DNA of 38,913 bases from assembly GCA_031270585.1 (NCBI GenBank), contig JAISXK010000087.1, forward strand, positions 1 through 38,913, written 5' to 3'. Of this stretch, positions 28,327-38,913 are shown one piece after another. The first letter of the stretch is position 1. Every line of letters begins with the position of its first letter. Position numbers and translations under genes: made by a program. The stretch comes from Clostridiales bacterium (GTDB lineage: Bacteria > Bacillota > Clostridia > Christensenellales > CAG-138). A model generated the notes under the pieces. That model had not been told where the DNA came from, did not search any database, and worked only from the letters and a program-made list of their open reading frames with translations.

Positions 28327-28535
28327 GGGCGGCGCGGCGCCATCCATAAACACTTTAAACACTTTTCCGGGATATCCGGCAATCGGGGCTGTACCGATAA
28401 GCATGTTCAACGCATATCGGTGCGCCTCTTTAGAACGCGTTTACTTAACGCCCCCGTCCTGTTTGACCGCAATGCGCGCAATATGTCAAAAAATCCAACC
28501 TGCTGCAAACTTTTGGCTTTAAAGCCCCGCTTGAA

Positions 28536-28565
28536 TTGTACAGGCCCATACCGCCATGCTATAAT
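28536..28565 (+). promoter_or_regulatory. sigma-A promoter of secA
   Basis: TTGTAC-18 nt-TATAAT with an extended TG (TGCTATAAT). Confidence 0.55.
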
Positions 28566-28644
28566 AGGCCAGTATCCGGCAAAACCGGATTACCGAATGA
28601 ATGGGAGGGCAGACCGGGCGCCGCGCCCGCGGAAACGATAAAAC

Positions 28645-31380
<2,736 letters not shown>

Positions 31381-31391
31381 GGAGAAATCGT

Positions 31392-32493
31392 ATGCTGCAA
31401 CTGGATGAATATAAGCAACAGATAACCGCTTCCATTCAAACGCTGAAAGAATCGGGAAACTCCCTTTGACCTGGAAGGCTTAAAAAAAGAACGGCGGCAA
31501 TTGGAAGGCGAGATGGCCAAGCCCGATTTCTGGTCTGACGTGGATGCGGCCAACAAGATAAATGGGCGCCTTAAATCGCTGCGGGGAAAAATAGAAGGGT
31601 ACGATAAACTGCTTGGTACGGCGGATGATATCAACACCTTGGTTGAGATGATAGAAGAGGAACCCGACTGTCAGCTTGAGCAGGAATTGGCAAGCGAATT
31701 CGCCGCCTTTCAAAAGGATGTGGAGAAGCTTCGGCTTTTTACGCTGCTCAAGGGCGAATACGACCACAGCAACGCCGTGCTCTCGCTGCACGCGGGCGCC
31801 GGCGGTACCGAAGCGCAGGATTGGGTGCAGATGCTTTACCGTATGTATACGCGCTATTGCGCCAGCCGCGGCTTTGCCACGCGCGAGCTTGATATGCTGG
31901 ATGGCGACGAGGCGGGCATAAAATCCGTTACATTTGAGGTTACGGGCGAATGCGCCTATGGCTACCTTAAGGCCGAAAAAGGCGTGCACCGGCTCGTGCG
32001 CATATCCCCGTTTGACAGTTCGGGGCGCCGGCATACCTCCTTCGCCTCGCTGGATGTAACGCCCATATTTGAAGATGGCGTGCATGATATTGAGATCAAC
32101 CCGGACGATTTGCGGGTGGATACCTACCGCAGCAGCGGCGCCGGCGGCCAGCACGTCAACAAAACCTCCTCGGCCATACGCATCACGCATTTGCCCACCA
32201 ACATCGTGGTGCAATGCCAAAACGAGCGCAGCCAGCTACAAAACCGCGAAACCGCCATGCGCATGCTCAAGGGCAAGCTTTTAGAGCTGCAGGAGCGCGC
32301 GCGCATGGAGCAATTGGCTCAAATTAAAGGCGATATGAAGAAGATCGAATGGGGCAGCCAGATACGTTCCTATATCTTCCAGCCCTACACGCTGGTGAAG
32401 GATCACCGCACAAACGCCGAAAACGGCAACATTACCGCCGTGATGGATGGCGACATCGATCTTTTCATCAACACGTACCTTGCGCAGTCATAA
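31392..32493 (+). CDS. prfB: Peptide chain release factor 2, with programmed +1 frameshift
   Basis: AAGGAG RBS and ATG 31392, MLQLDEYKQQITASIQTLKESGNSL, then CTT-TGA-C at 31464-31470. The +1 frame continues DLEGLKKERRQLEGEM and contains SPF and GAGGQ. Confidence 0.96.
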
Positions 32494-32552
32494 CGCTAAA
32501 AGTGAACGCAAAAATATGGCGCGCCATGTTTTTGAAAGCGAAATGAGGAAAT

Positions 32553-33494
32553 ATGCCCAGTACAGTCAGCATGGTGTTGCAGGCCGCCATACGCGGCTTT
32601 CGGCCTCTGTTAAACAATTTAAGTTTGGAAATTGAACGCGCGGGACAGGATGTACTGGGCTCGGGCGAATCAAAACGCCTGCCCGAAAACATGGTGGTCG
32701 CCCCCGTAATGATAGGTAAAATACGCGCGGAATGGTTCCACACGCTTGGCGCGCCGGACGACGAGGCGCTGATCTATTACCACGGTGGCGCGTATATGAC
32801 CGGCAGCATAGAGAGCAACCGCATACTGGCGGTGGATTTTGCAGAGGCCACGGGCCGCAATGTATTATCCTTTGAGTACCGTCTCGCGCCGGAAAACCCC
32901 TTTCCCGCAGCGCTTGAAGACGGGCTTGCCGCCTATCAATACGTGCTGGATCTTGGGATAGAGAACAATCGTATCGCACTGGTGGGCGAGAGCGCCGGCG
33001 GCGGGCTTGAAATCTCCACCGCGCTGAAGGCGCGCGCGCTGGGTATACCGCTGCCGGCGGCTATCGTGGCGCTTTCCCCCTGGACGGATCTGACGCTGCG
33101 CGGCGCGAGCTACACCGAAAACCAGGCCAGCGACCCGCTGCTGGAGCGCAGGAAGCTCGTGCGCGCCGTGATGTATTACGCCTACGGGCAAAGCCTGCAA
33201 AACCCCTATATTTCGCCATTATACGCCGATTTTCATGGTTTCCCGCCCACGCTGATACACGTGGGCACGCATGAACTGCTGCTAAGCGACGCCCGGCAGC
33301 TTGGAAAGGTTATGCGGCGCGACGGCGTGGATGTGCGCCTGGAGGAATGGGCGGGCATGTGGCATGTATGGCATGTATTCGACCTGCCGGAAAGCCGCGC
33401 CGCCATGGAGGATATCGCGCGGTATGTGCTCGCGCGCATACGCAAGGCTACGCCCGCGCCAAACGCCGGCGAAGCGGCGCGGGGAGGCGCGTAA
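32553..33494 (+). CDS. HSL-family alpha/beta hydrolase (esterase)
   Basis: YHGGAY oxyanion motif, YRLAPENPFPAA, GESAGG nucleophile, LSPWTDL, ELLLSD and GMWHVW. No signal peptide. Confidence 0.9.
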   Translation: MPSTVSMVLQAAIRGFRPLLNNLSLEIERAGQDVLGSGESKRLPENMVVAPVMIGKIRAEWFHTLGAPDDEALIYYHGGAYMTGSIESNRILAVDFAEATGRNVLSFEYRLAPENPFPAALEDGLAAYQYVLDLGIENNRIALVGESAGGGLEISTALKARALGIPLPAAIVALSPWTDLTLRGASYTENQASDPLLERRKLVRAVMYYAYGQSLQNPYISPLYADFHGFPPTLIHVGTHELLLSDARQLGKVMRRDGVDVRLEEWAGMWHVWHVFDLPESRAAMEDIARYVLARIRKATPAPNAGEAARGGA

Positions 33495-33497
33495 GCC

Positions 33498-34760
33498 ATG
33501 CAAAAGCGCGAATGGTATCCGCTCGATAACGCCGCGAACATATACCCCGTTATACAAAACAGCCGGTGGACATCCATGTTCCGCTATATGGCGGCGCTTA
33601 CCGCTCCTGCAAATATCGACGCGCTGCAGCGCGCGCTCGATAAGATGCGCCCGCGTTTCCCAACATTTTATATGCGGCTGCGCAGCGGCATATTTTGGCA
33701 TTACCTTGAGCAGACGGATACCGCAGCCGCCGTGGAGACCGACACATTATACCCTTGCCCGCCCGCCTTTGCGGGCGAACTTCCCTTCCGCATCAAAGCG
33801 TACCGTAACCGCATCGCGGGCGAGTTCTCACACCTGATATGCGACGGCGGCGGCGCAATGAAATTTTTCAGCACGCTGTTGGCGCAATATTACCGCGAGC
33901 AGGGCATTGCCGTACCCACAGGCGGCAATATACTGGCGCTTGACGAGGCGCCGGATCCGGAAGAAAAAGAGAACGCTTTCCCCCGGTTCGCGCGGCAGGG
34001 CGCGCGCGTCACCCGCTCTGAAACCCGCGCCTATAAGGTGAGAGGCACGGCCCTTATGCCCGGCATGTGCTGTGTAACCACAGGGCGGCTCAGCGTGGCG
34101 GCCGTGCTTGATAAGGCGCATGCTTATAAGGTTTCCATAACGGAATACTTAACCGCCACGCTTGTCTATGTGTTGTATGAGCTGCAAAAGGCCGATCATC
34201 CGCAGGGTATGCTCAAGCCCGTTAAAGTAAGCGTACCGGTCAACCTGCGCAAATACTACCCCAGCAAAACGCTGCGCAATTTTTCGCAGTATTTAAACCC
34301 CGGCATCGACCCCAGCCTTGGCGATTTTACGTTTCAGGAGACGCTAGCGCAGACACATCATTATTTCCACTTTATGTTTACGGAAAAAAACCTGAACGCG
34401 CGGCTTTCCATCAACGTAAACGCCGAAAACAACCCTGTGCTGCGGGTGATTCCGCTTTTCATAAAACGCTTGGGCATACGGCTGGTTTATGAGCTTACGG
34501 GCGAAACGGCGTATACATCCGTGCTGTCCAACGTGGGCGCGCTGGAACTGCCCGACGAAATACGCCCTTTTGTTACGCGTTGCGATCTCATGCTTAAAAC
34601 CGCCAGACGTAACGCGGTAGAATGCGGCGTGCTTAGCTGCGATGACGCGCTTTCCATCACTTTCACCCGCGTCATCGCCGAACCGTATGTGGAGCGTATG
34701 TTTTTTAGAAAGCTGGTGCAGGATGGATTACATGTGTTCGTTGAAAGCAATCAGCTTTAG
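33498..34760 (+). CDS. CoA-dependent acyltransferase (alcohol acetyltransferase/condensation-like fold)
   Basis: N-terminal WYPLDNAA, catalytic HxxxDG (HLICDGGG), VPVNLRKYYPSKTLRNF and LSNVG. Confidence 0.8.
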   Translation: MQKREWYPLDNAANIYPVIQNSRWTSMFRYMAALTAPANIDALQRALDKMRPRFPTFYMRLRSGIFWHYLEQTDTAAAVETDTLYPCPPAFAGELPFRIKAYRNRIAGEFSHLICDGGGAMKFFSTLLAQYYREQGIAVPTGGNILALDEAPDPEEKENAFPRFARQGARVTRSETRAYKVRGTALMPGMCCVTTGRLSVAAVLDKAHAYKVSITEYLTATLVYVLYELQKADHPQGMLKPVKVSVPVNLRKYYPSKTLRNFSQYLNPGIDPSLGDFTFQETLAQTHHYFHFMFTEKNLNARLSINVNAENNPVLRVIPLFIKRLGIRLVYELTGETAYTSVLSNVGALELPDEIRPFVTRCDLMLKTARRNAVECGVLSCDDALSITFTRVIAEPYVERMFFRKLVQDGLHVFVESNQL

Positions 34761-34772
34761 AAAGGGGGCGCC

Positions 34773-35480
34773 ATGTCCTACTGTGTGAATTGCGGGGTAG
34801 AGCTCGAAGCAAGCCAACGGCAGTGTCCGCTTTGCGGTGTGGAGGTAAACAACCCAGCCCGGCCATACGACCCCACGTTGCCAAGACCGTATAGCGCGCA
34901 TATCGTGCGCATACAGGCGCGGCTGGAGCGGCGCTACCTCGCGTGGATTATAACGGTGCTGATGATTTTAATCGCCATTGTGTGCGTCATGGTGGATCTT
35001 GTATATTACGGCTCTGTCAGCTGGTCGCTGTATGTGGCGCTAAGCTTGGCGCTCTCATGGATAACCGTGCTGTTTCCGCTGCTGGCCGCGAGCATGCACC
35101 CGGTCATGCTCGTACTGCTGGATGCCTGCGCGCTGCTGGCCTTTTTGTATGTATTGAACGAAAGCGATCCCTCATCCGATTGGTATTTGCGCCTGGCCAT
35201 GCCACAGGTGATGCTTTTTGGCATGCTGGGGCTTTTAAACGTGTTCCTCTGGCGCAGCTCTTTCGTGCACGGCTGGCAGAAGATAAGCGTTGTGGTGGTG
35301 TCCATAGGCGTGGCCATGATGGGGCTTGAGACGCTGCTGGATCTGTTTAACGATATGGCGGTGACGCTTGACTGGTCGTGGTTCGTGATCATACCCGCGT
35401 TTGCCGTGGGGCTGATATTTTTCATACTGGAGCGCAAGCGTCTGCTAAAGGACGCCATTACGAAGCGCCTGCGCATATGA
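34773..35480 (+). CDS. Zinc-ribbon plus multi-TM membrane protein (DUF6320-like)
   Basis: YCVNCGVEL...CPLC followed by about six TM helices (WSLYV, WSWFV). AAAGGGGG RBS. Confidence 0.75.
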   Translation: MSYCVNCGVELEASQRQCPLCGVEVNNPARPYDPTLPRPYSAHIVRIQARLERRYLAWIITVLMILIAIVCVMVDLVYYGSVSWSLYVALSLALSWITVLFPLLAASMHPVMLVLLDACALLAFLYVLNESDPSSDWYLRLAMPQVMLFGMLGLLNVFLWRSSFVHGWQKISVVVVSIGVAMMGLETLLDLFNDMAVTLDWSWFVIIPAFAVGLIFFILERKRLLKDAITKRLRI

Positions 35481-35578
35481 CGCTCATAAACCCCATAAAA
35501 TAGGGTAAGTATAGCGCGCGTACGCGAATCATGTTTTACGCGCAATGTGACATTCTGGCAACATCTGCCCCCATATGC

Positions 35579-35607
35579 TTGAGAATGCCCCGCCCTGTGC
35601 TTACAAT
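35579..35607 (+). promoter_or_regulatory. sigma-A promoter of the GH13 gene
   Basis: TTGAGA-17 nt-TACAAT, which implies the true start lies downstream of the ORF-track start. Confidence 0.6.
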
Positions 35608-35683
35608 ACTAAGTATGGCGGGGGCGGTAACGAGCGCCCCTCCGCCGCCGCAACGATTACTACGGAAAGGACTTTGCCTGGCA

Positions 35684-37666
35684 ATGGGCGCGATGCACAA
35701 CTCGCTTTTGCTGCGTTTTCGCAACCCGCAGGGCCCGCTTGAAACGGGCGGCGAAACAAAAATAGCCATATATTTAAGCGATGAGCTGCAACACGCAAGT
35801 GTATCGCTTTGCGTGTGGGCGCAAAACGGGCGGCGCGTCATCCCCATGCTGCGGGAGGCGGGGTTTCGCAGCGCATGGTACCACGCCATTTTGCGGGCGA
35901 CGGATACACCGGGCCTTATGTGGTACCATTTTATCATCGAGCAACCGGGCAAGGCCGCGCTTTTTTACGGCGCAAACCACGGCTGTGGCGCGCTTTGCGA
36001 GGGCGATCCGCCGGGTTACCAGATTACCGTTTACCGGAAGGGTTTTCAAACGCCGCGATGGTTCCGCGAAGGCGTCATGTATCAAATCTTTCCCGACAGG
36101 TTTAAAAAAAGCGGCCAAAACATACAAAACGCCGCGTACCACCGGGCGCTTGGCAGGGATATCACCCTGCATAACGATTGGAATGAACCGCCCTGCCATA
36201 CGCCCCGTGCGGGACAGGCGCATTACACCCCCACGGATTTTTTTGGCGGAGACCTTGCGGGCATAAAAAGCGCGTTGCCGTATCTCAAGGCGTTGGGGGT
36301 TACGTGCATCTACCTGAACCCCGTGTTTGAAAGCGGATCCAACCACCGGTACGACACGGCGAATTATAAAAAAATTGATCCGCTGCTGGGCAGCGAAGCG
36401 TCGCTCAAAGCGCTTGCCGCCGCCGCAAAAAGGTTGGGTATACGGCTTATGCTGGACGGCGTGTTTTCTCATACGGGGGCGGACAGCGTGTATTTTAACA
36501 AATATGGCCGCTATCCCGGCGAAGGCGCCTACCAGACGGAAACGTCCCCTTACCGCAGCTGGTACAAATTCGATGAGGAAAACGCCGGCTACGGCATATG
36601 GTGGGGCTTCCCGGAACTGCCCGAAGTGAACGAACGCAACGCGGGATATGAAGCGTTTATCATCACCGGCAAAGATAGCGTTATCCGCCATTGGGCGAAG
36701 GCCGGCGCTACCAGCTGGCGGCTGGATGTGGCCGACGAACTGCCCGACGCGTTTATAAAAAAGCTATACGCAAACGTAAAGGCCATAGACGCGCAGGGCG
36801 TGGTGCTGGGCGAAGTGTGGGAGGACGCGTCCAACAAGGAAGCCTATGGCGAGCGCCGGCAATACGTATATGGCGATGAACTGGACAGCGTGATGAATTA
36901 CCCCTTCCGGCAAGCGGTGCTGGATTATCTCTTGGGGGCCGGTACGGCGCAATCGCTGAATTTCACATTGCAGTGCCAGCGGGAAAACTATCCCAAGCCC
37001 TTTTATTACGCGCTGATGAATATGCTCTCCACTCACGACAGCGTGCGCGCGCTCACGGCTTTGGGCGGCGCGCCCGGACGGGATGCGCTAAGCCGCGAGG
37101 CACAGGCAGACTTTCAACTGACGGCGGATATGCTTCAGCTTGCGCATAAACGCTTTTTGATCGCCACCGCCATACAGATGGCGGCGCCCGGCGTTCCGGG
37201 TATTTACTACGGCGATGAGGCCGGCATGACCGGCATGGCAGACCCCTTTAACAGGGGCGCCTATCCTTGGGGAAGAGAAGATAAGACGCTTTTAGCGGCC
37301 GTCACCGCGTATGCGGCGGCACGCGGCGGTAGCGCCGCCATGCGCGGCGGCTTTTGCCGTATGGGCGCGATAGGCAACGATATATTTGTTATCGCGCGGT
37401 ATACGGCGGGTGGGCGGGACGCTTTTTTAAATAAGGCCGGCGAAAGCGCCGCCATACTGCTTTGCAACCGTGCGGAACAACCGCAGCGCGCGCTCTTTTG
37501 CCCGGATGATTTTATGGAGGGGCCCGACGCCAATGTGCCGCTCAACCCCTGCGGCGCCTGGCGGGACGCGCGCACAGGCAAAACGTATATCTGCGGCGGC
37601 ATATTCGACCTGGAACTGCCGCCGCTTTCAGCCAGCCTGCTCATAAAGAGAAGCGGCCCGGAATAA
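35684..37666 (+). CDS. GH13 neopullulanase/cyclomaltodextrinase/amylopullulanase-type enzyme
   Basis: YQIFPDRF, FGGDLAGI, YLNPVF, SNHRYDT, LDGVFSH and catalytic WRLDVADE, GEVWED, LSTHD. Start is ATG 35684 or 35693 after GGAAAGGA. Confidence 0.9.
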   Translation: MGAMHNSLLLRFRNPQGPLETGGETKIAIYLSDELQHASVSLCVWAQNGRRVIPMLREAGFRSAWYHAILRATDTPGLMWYHFIIEQPGKAALFYGANHGCGALCEGDPPGYQITVYRKGFQTPRWFREGVMYQIFPDRFKKSGQNIQNAAYHRALGRDITLHNDWNEPPCHTPRAGQAHYTPTDFFGGDLAGIKSALPYLKALGVTCIYLNPVFESGSNHRYDTANYKKIDPLLGSEASLKALAAAAKRLGIRLMLDGVFSHTGADSVYFNKYGRYPGEGAYQTETSPYRSWYKFDEENAGYGIWWGFPELPEVNERNAGYEAFIITGKDSVIRHWAKAGATSWRLDVADELPDAFIKKLYANVKAIDAQGVVLGEVWEDASNKEAYGERRQYVYGDELDSVMNYPFRQAVLDYLLGAGTAQSLNFTLQCQRENYPKPFYYALMNMLSTHDSVRALTALGGAPGRDALSREAQADFQLTADMLQLAHKRFLIATAIQMAAPGVPGIYYGDEAGMTGMADPFNRGAYPWGREDKTLLAAVTAYAAARGGSAAMRGGFCRMGAIGNDIFVIARYTAGGRDAFLNKAGESAAILLCNRAEQPQRALFCPDDFMEGPDANVPLNPCGAWRDARTGKTYICGGIFDLELPPLSASLLIKRSGPE

Positions 37667-37709
37667 CGACGTATACGCGTGTTTATAGAGTACAAAAAGA
37701 GGGTAGATT

Positions 37710-38144
37710 ATGTTTAACGGACGATATGGGAACGACAATTTGAACCGAACGCTGTGTATGGCGGCGTTTATACTGGTAACGCTTAACGCCATAATAAGCG
37801 TTTTCGCGCGGGATTCGGCGTTGCGCATGGTGCTGCTGCCGGTGGGGTTTTCCTTGTTCGCCTTTGCGGTCTTTCGCATGTTATCGCGCAATATAAACAC
37901 GCGTAAAAAGGAGAACGAAAATTTTTTGCGCATGAGCATGCCGCTCAGAACCCGCTTTTACGCATGGCGCGACAAGGCGCCGCGCGCGCAGCGGACCGGG
38001 AAGAACCCAACATTCAGCGATATGCGCAAGTACAAATATTTTTCCTGCACGCAATGCGCGCAAAGGCTGCGCGTACCGCGCAAAAAGGGCAAGCTGCTCG
38101 TTACTTGCAGCCGTTGCGGAAACAAATTTGAGATAAAATCATGA
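37710..38144 (+). CDS. Conserved hypothetical membrane protein with C-terminal zinc ribbon
   Basis: GRYGND.L, two TM helices, FRMLSRNI..R..EN and CTQCAQRLRVPRKKG...VTCSRC. Confidence 0.75.
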   Translation: MFNGRYGNDNLNRTLCMAAFILVTLNAIISVFARDSALRMVLLPVGFSLFAFAVFRMLSRNINTRKKENENFLRMSMPLRTRFYAWRDKAPRAQRTGKNPTFSDMRKYKYFSCTQCAQRLRVPRKKGKLLVTCSRCGNKFEIKS

Positions 38145-38163
38145 TATAAGGGAGAATACTACA

Positions 38164-38382
38164 ATGCGGGTAACAAAGGAAATGACCATTGCGAATATAT
38201 TGAATATGGACGAGGGCATCGCCGATATCCTGATGAGCGCCGGCATGCATTGCCTTGGCTGCGCAATGGCCCACGGTGAAGACTTGGGGCAGGCGTGCGC
38301 CGTGCATGGCATTGACGCGAATGAGATGGTCGCAAATATAAATATGTATTTGGAGGATCAGGAGAACCGGGCTAAAGTATAG
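38164..38382 (+). CDS. DUF1858 domain protein
   Basis: VTKEMTIANIL...GMHCLGCAMAHGEDL.QAC.VHGID. Confidence 0.85.
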   Translation: MRVTKEMTIANILNMDEGIADILMSAGMHCLGCAMAHGEDLGQACAVHGIDANEMVANINMYLEDQENRAKV

Positions 38383-38406
38383 TTTGATGGAAGGAGGTTT
38401 GGGTTC

Positions 38407-38562
38407 ATGAAATACGTATGCAAGATATGCGGTTACGAGTACGACCCCGCCGCCGGCGACCCTGATAATGGCGTCGCGCCGGGCACGCCGTTCGAGTCGC
38501 TGCCGGATGATTGGGCTTGCCCCATCTGCGGCGTGGGCAAGGATGAATTTGAACAGGCTTAA
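38407..38562 (+). CDS. Rubredoxin
   Basis: Not in the ORF track. [61 protein letters not shown]. Confidence 0.96.
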   Translation: MKYVCKICGYEYDPAAGDPDNGVAPGTPFESLPDDWACPICGVGKDEFEQA

Positions 38563-38663
38563 ACAAAGGTACGCCTCACGCTAAACACCCATAAAACCGG
38601 GCCGTGTGGATAAGCATTGAAAACGTTTATCGATACGGCCCGAACCTTTCGGGGTTTTGCGCC

Positions 38664-38691
38664 TCCCCGCGTTCGGGGATATGTATTTTTA
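38664..38691 (+). terminator. Probable terminator after rubredoxin
   Basis: TCCCCG-CGTT-CGGGGA followed by TATGTATTTTT. Confidence 0.5.
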
Positions 38692-38779
38692 TTCACCCTA
38701 TCCGCGTGGCGATACAATCCCATCATATCGTAACCAATCCAATCAACCACATTGGGAATAGGGCGATTAGCTTTCTTTA

Positions 38780-38808
38780 TTGACGGGCGGCGGCCAAAAA
38801 GGTACACT
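38780..38808 (+). promoter_or_regulatory. sigma-A promoter of the MalY/PatB gene
   Basis: TTGACG-17 nt-TACACT. Confidence 0.65.
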
Positions 38809-38841
38809 CTTGTTAACATATGTTGATGGGGGATGCCGGCC

Positions 38842-38913
38842 ATGCGGTATTCGTTTGATAAAGAGATAGACCGCAACAATACATCCAGTATGAAGTGGGA
38901 TTTTAAAGCCGCC
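38842..38913 (+). CDS. MalY/PatB family PLP-dependent C-S lyase, N-terminus (runs off the window edge)
   Basis: MRYSFDKEIDRNNTSSMKWDF matches the family start FD..IDR..T.S.KWD. Only 24 codons are visible. Confidence 0.75.
   Translation, partial: MRYSFDKEIDRNNTSSMKWDFKAA

Noticed and set aside
31392-31500. prfB as a frameshifted pseudogene, or starting at 31501
   Set aside because: The CTT-TGA-C site at codon 25 is the known programmed +1 frameshift.
35531-35683. ORF-track N-terminal extension of the GH13 gene (similar extensions for EamA, ygeW, ygeY, the 8877 ORF, nfeD, spoIIR, jag and yidD)
   Set aside because: RBS, promoter positions and family N-termini support the downstream starts.
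38605-38613. Perfect DnaA box TGTGGATAA
   Set aside because: It is a single isolated copy inside a hairpin stem and is compatible with chance.
38559-38879. 106-aa minus-strand ORF
   Set aside because: It overlaps the MalY/PatB start and promoter, has no recognisable motif, and the region is better explained as non-coding.

Overview
Chromosomal housekeeping and metabolic region of a GC-rich (by eye), probably spore-forming Clostridia-type Firmicute (spoIIR, floA, jag/eloR, sigma-A-type promoters). Gene order: partial ParE/GyrB-type topoisomerase B subunit, EamA transporter, a ygeW-ygeY-YheO-regulator mini-cluster, a secreted SpoIID/LytB protein with six SH3b domains, ychF, tsaD, glgP, an nfeD-Zn-ribbon-floA-yqfB-like operon, a GT-C glycosyltransferase, a split chromate transporter, spoIIR, a DUF1292-like protein, the rpmH-rnpA-yidD-yidC-jag-mnmE block (facing murC rather than dnaA), a tandem HD/HD-GYP protein, secA, prfB with a +1 frameshift, an esterase / HxxxDG acyltransferase / Zn-ribbon membrane protein trio, a GH13 enzyme, DUF1858, rubredoxin and the start of a MalY/PatB gene. 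I saw no mobile element, CRISPR array, tRNA or rRNA. The best candidate for an undescribed system is the acylation/deacylation trio at 32553-35480. Other notable points: rpmH decoupled from dnaA, the catalytically swapped tandem HD protein, the orphan ygeW/ygeY pair, a variant MurC substrate motif, and frequent short tandem duplications in intergenic DNA. All calls come from motif recognition only; no database searches were run.
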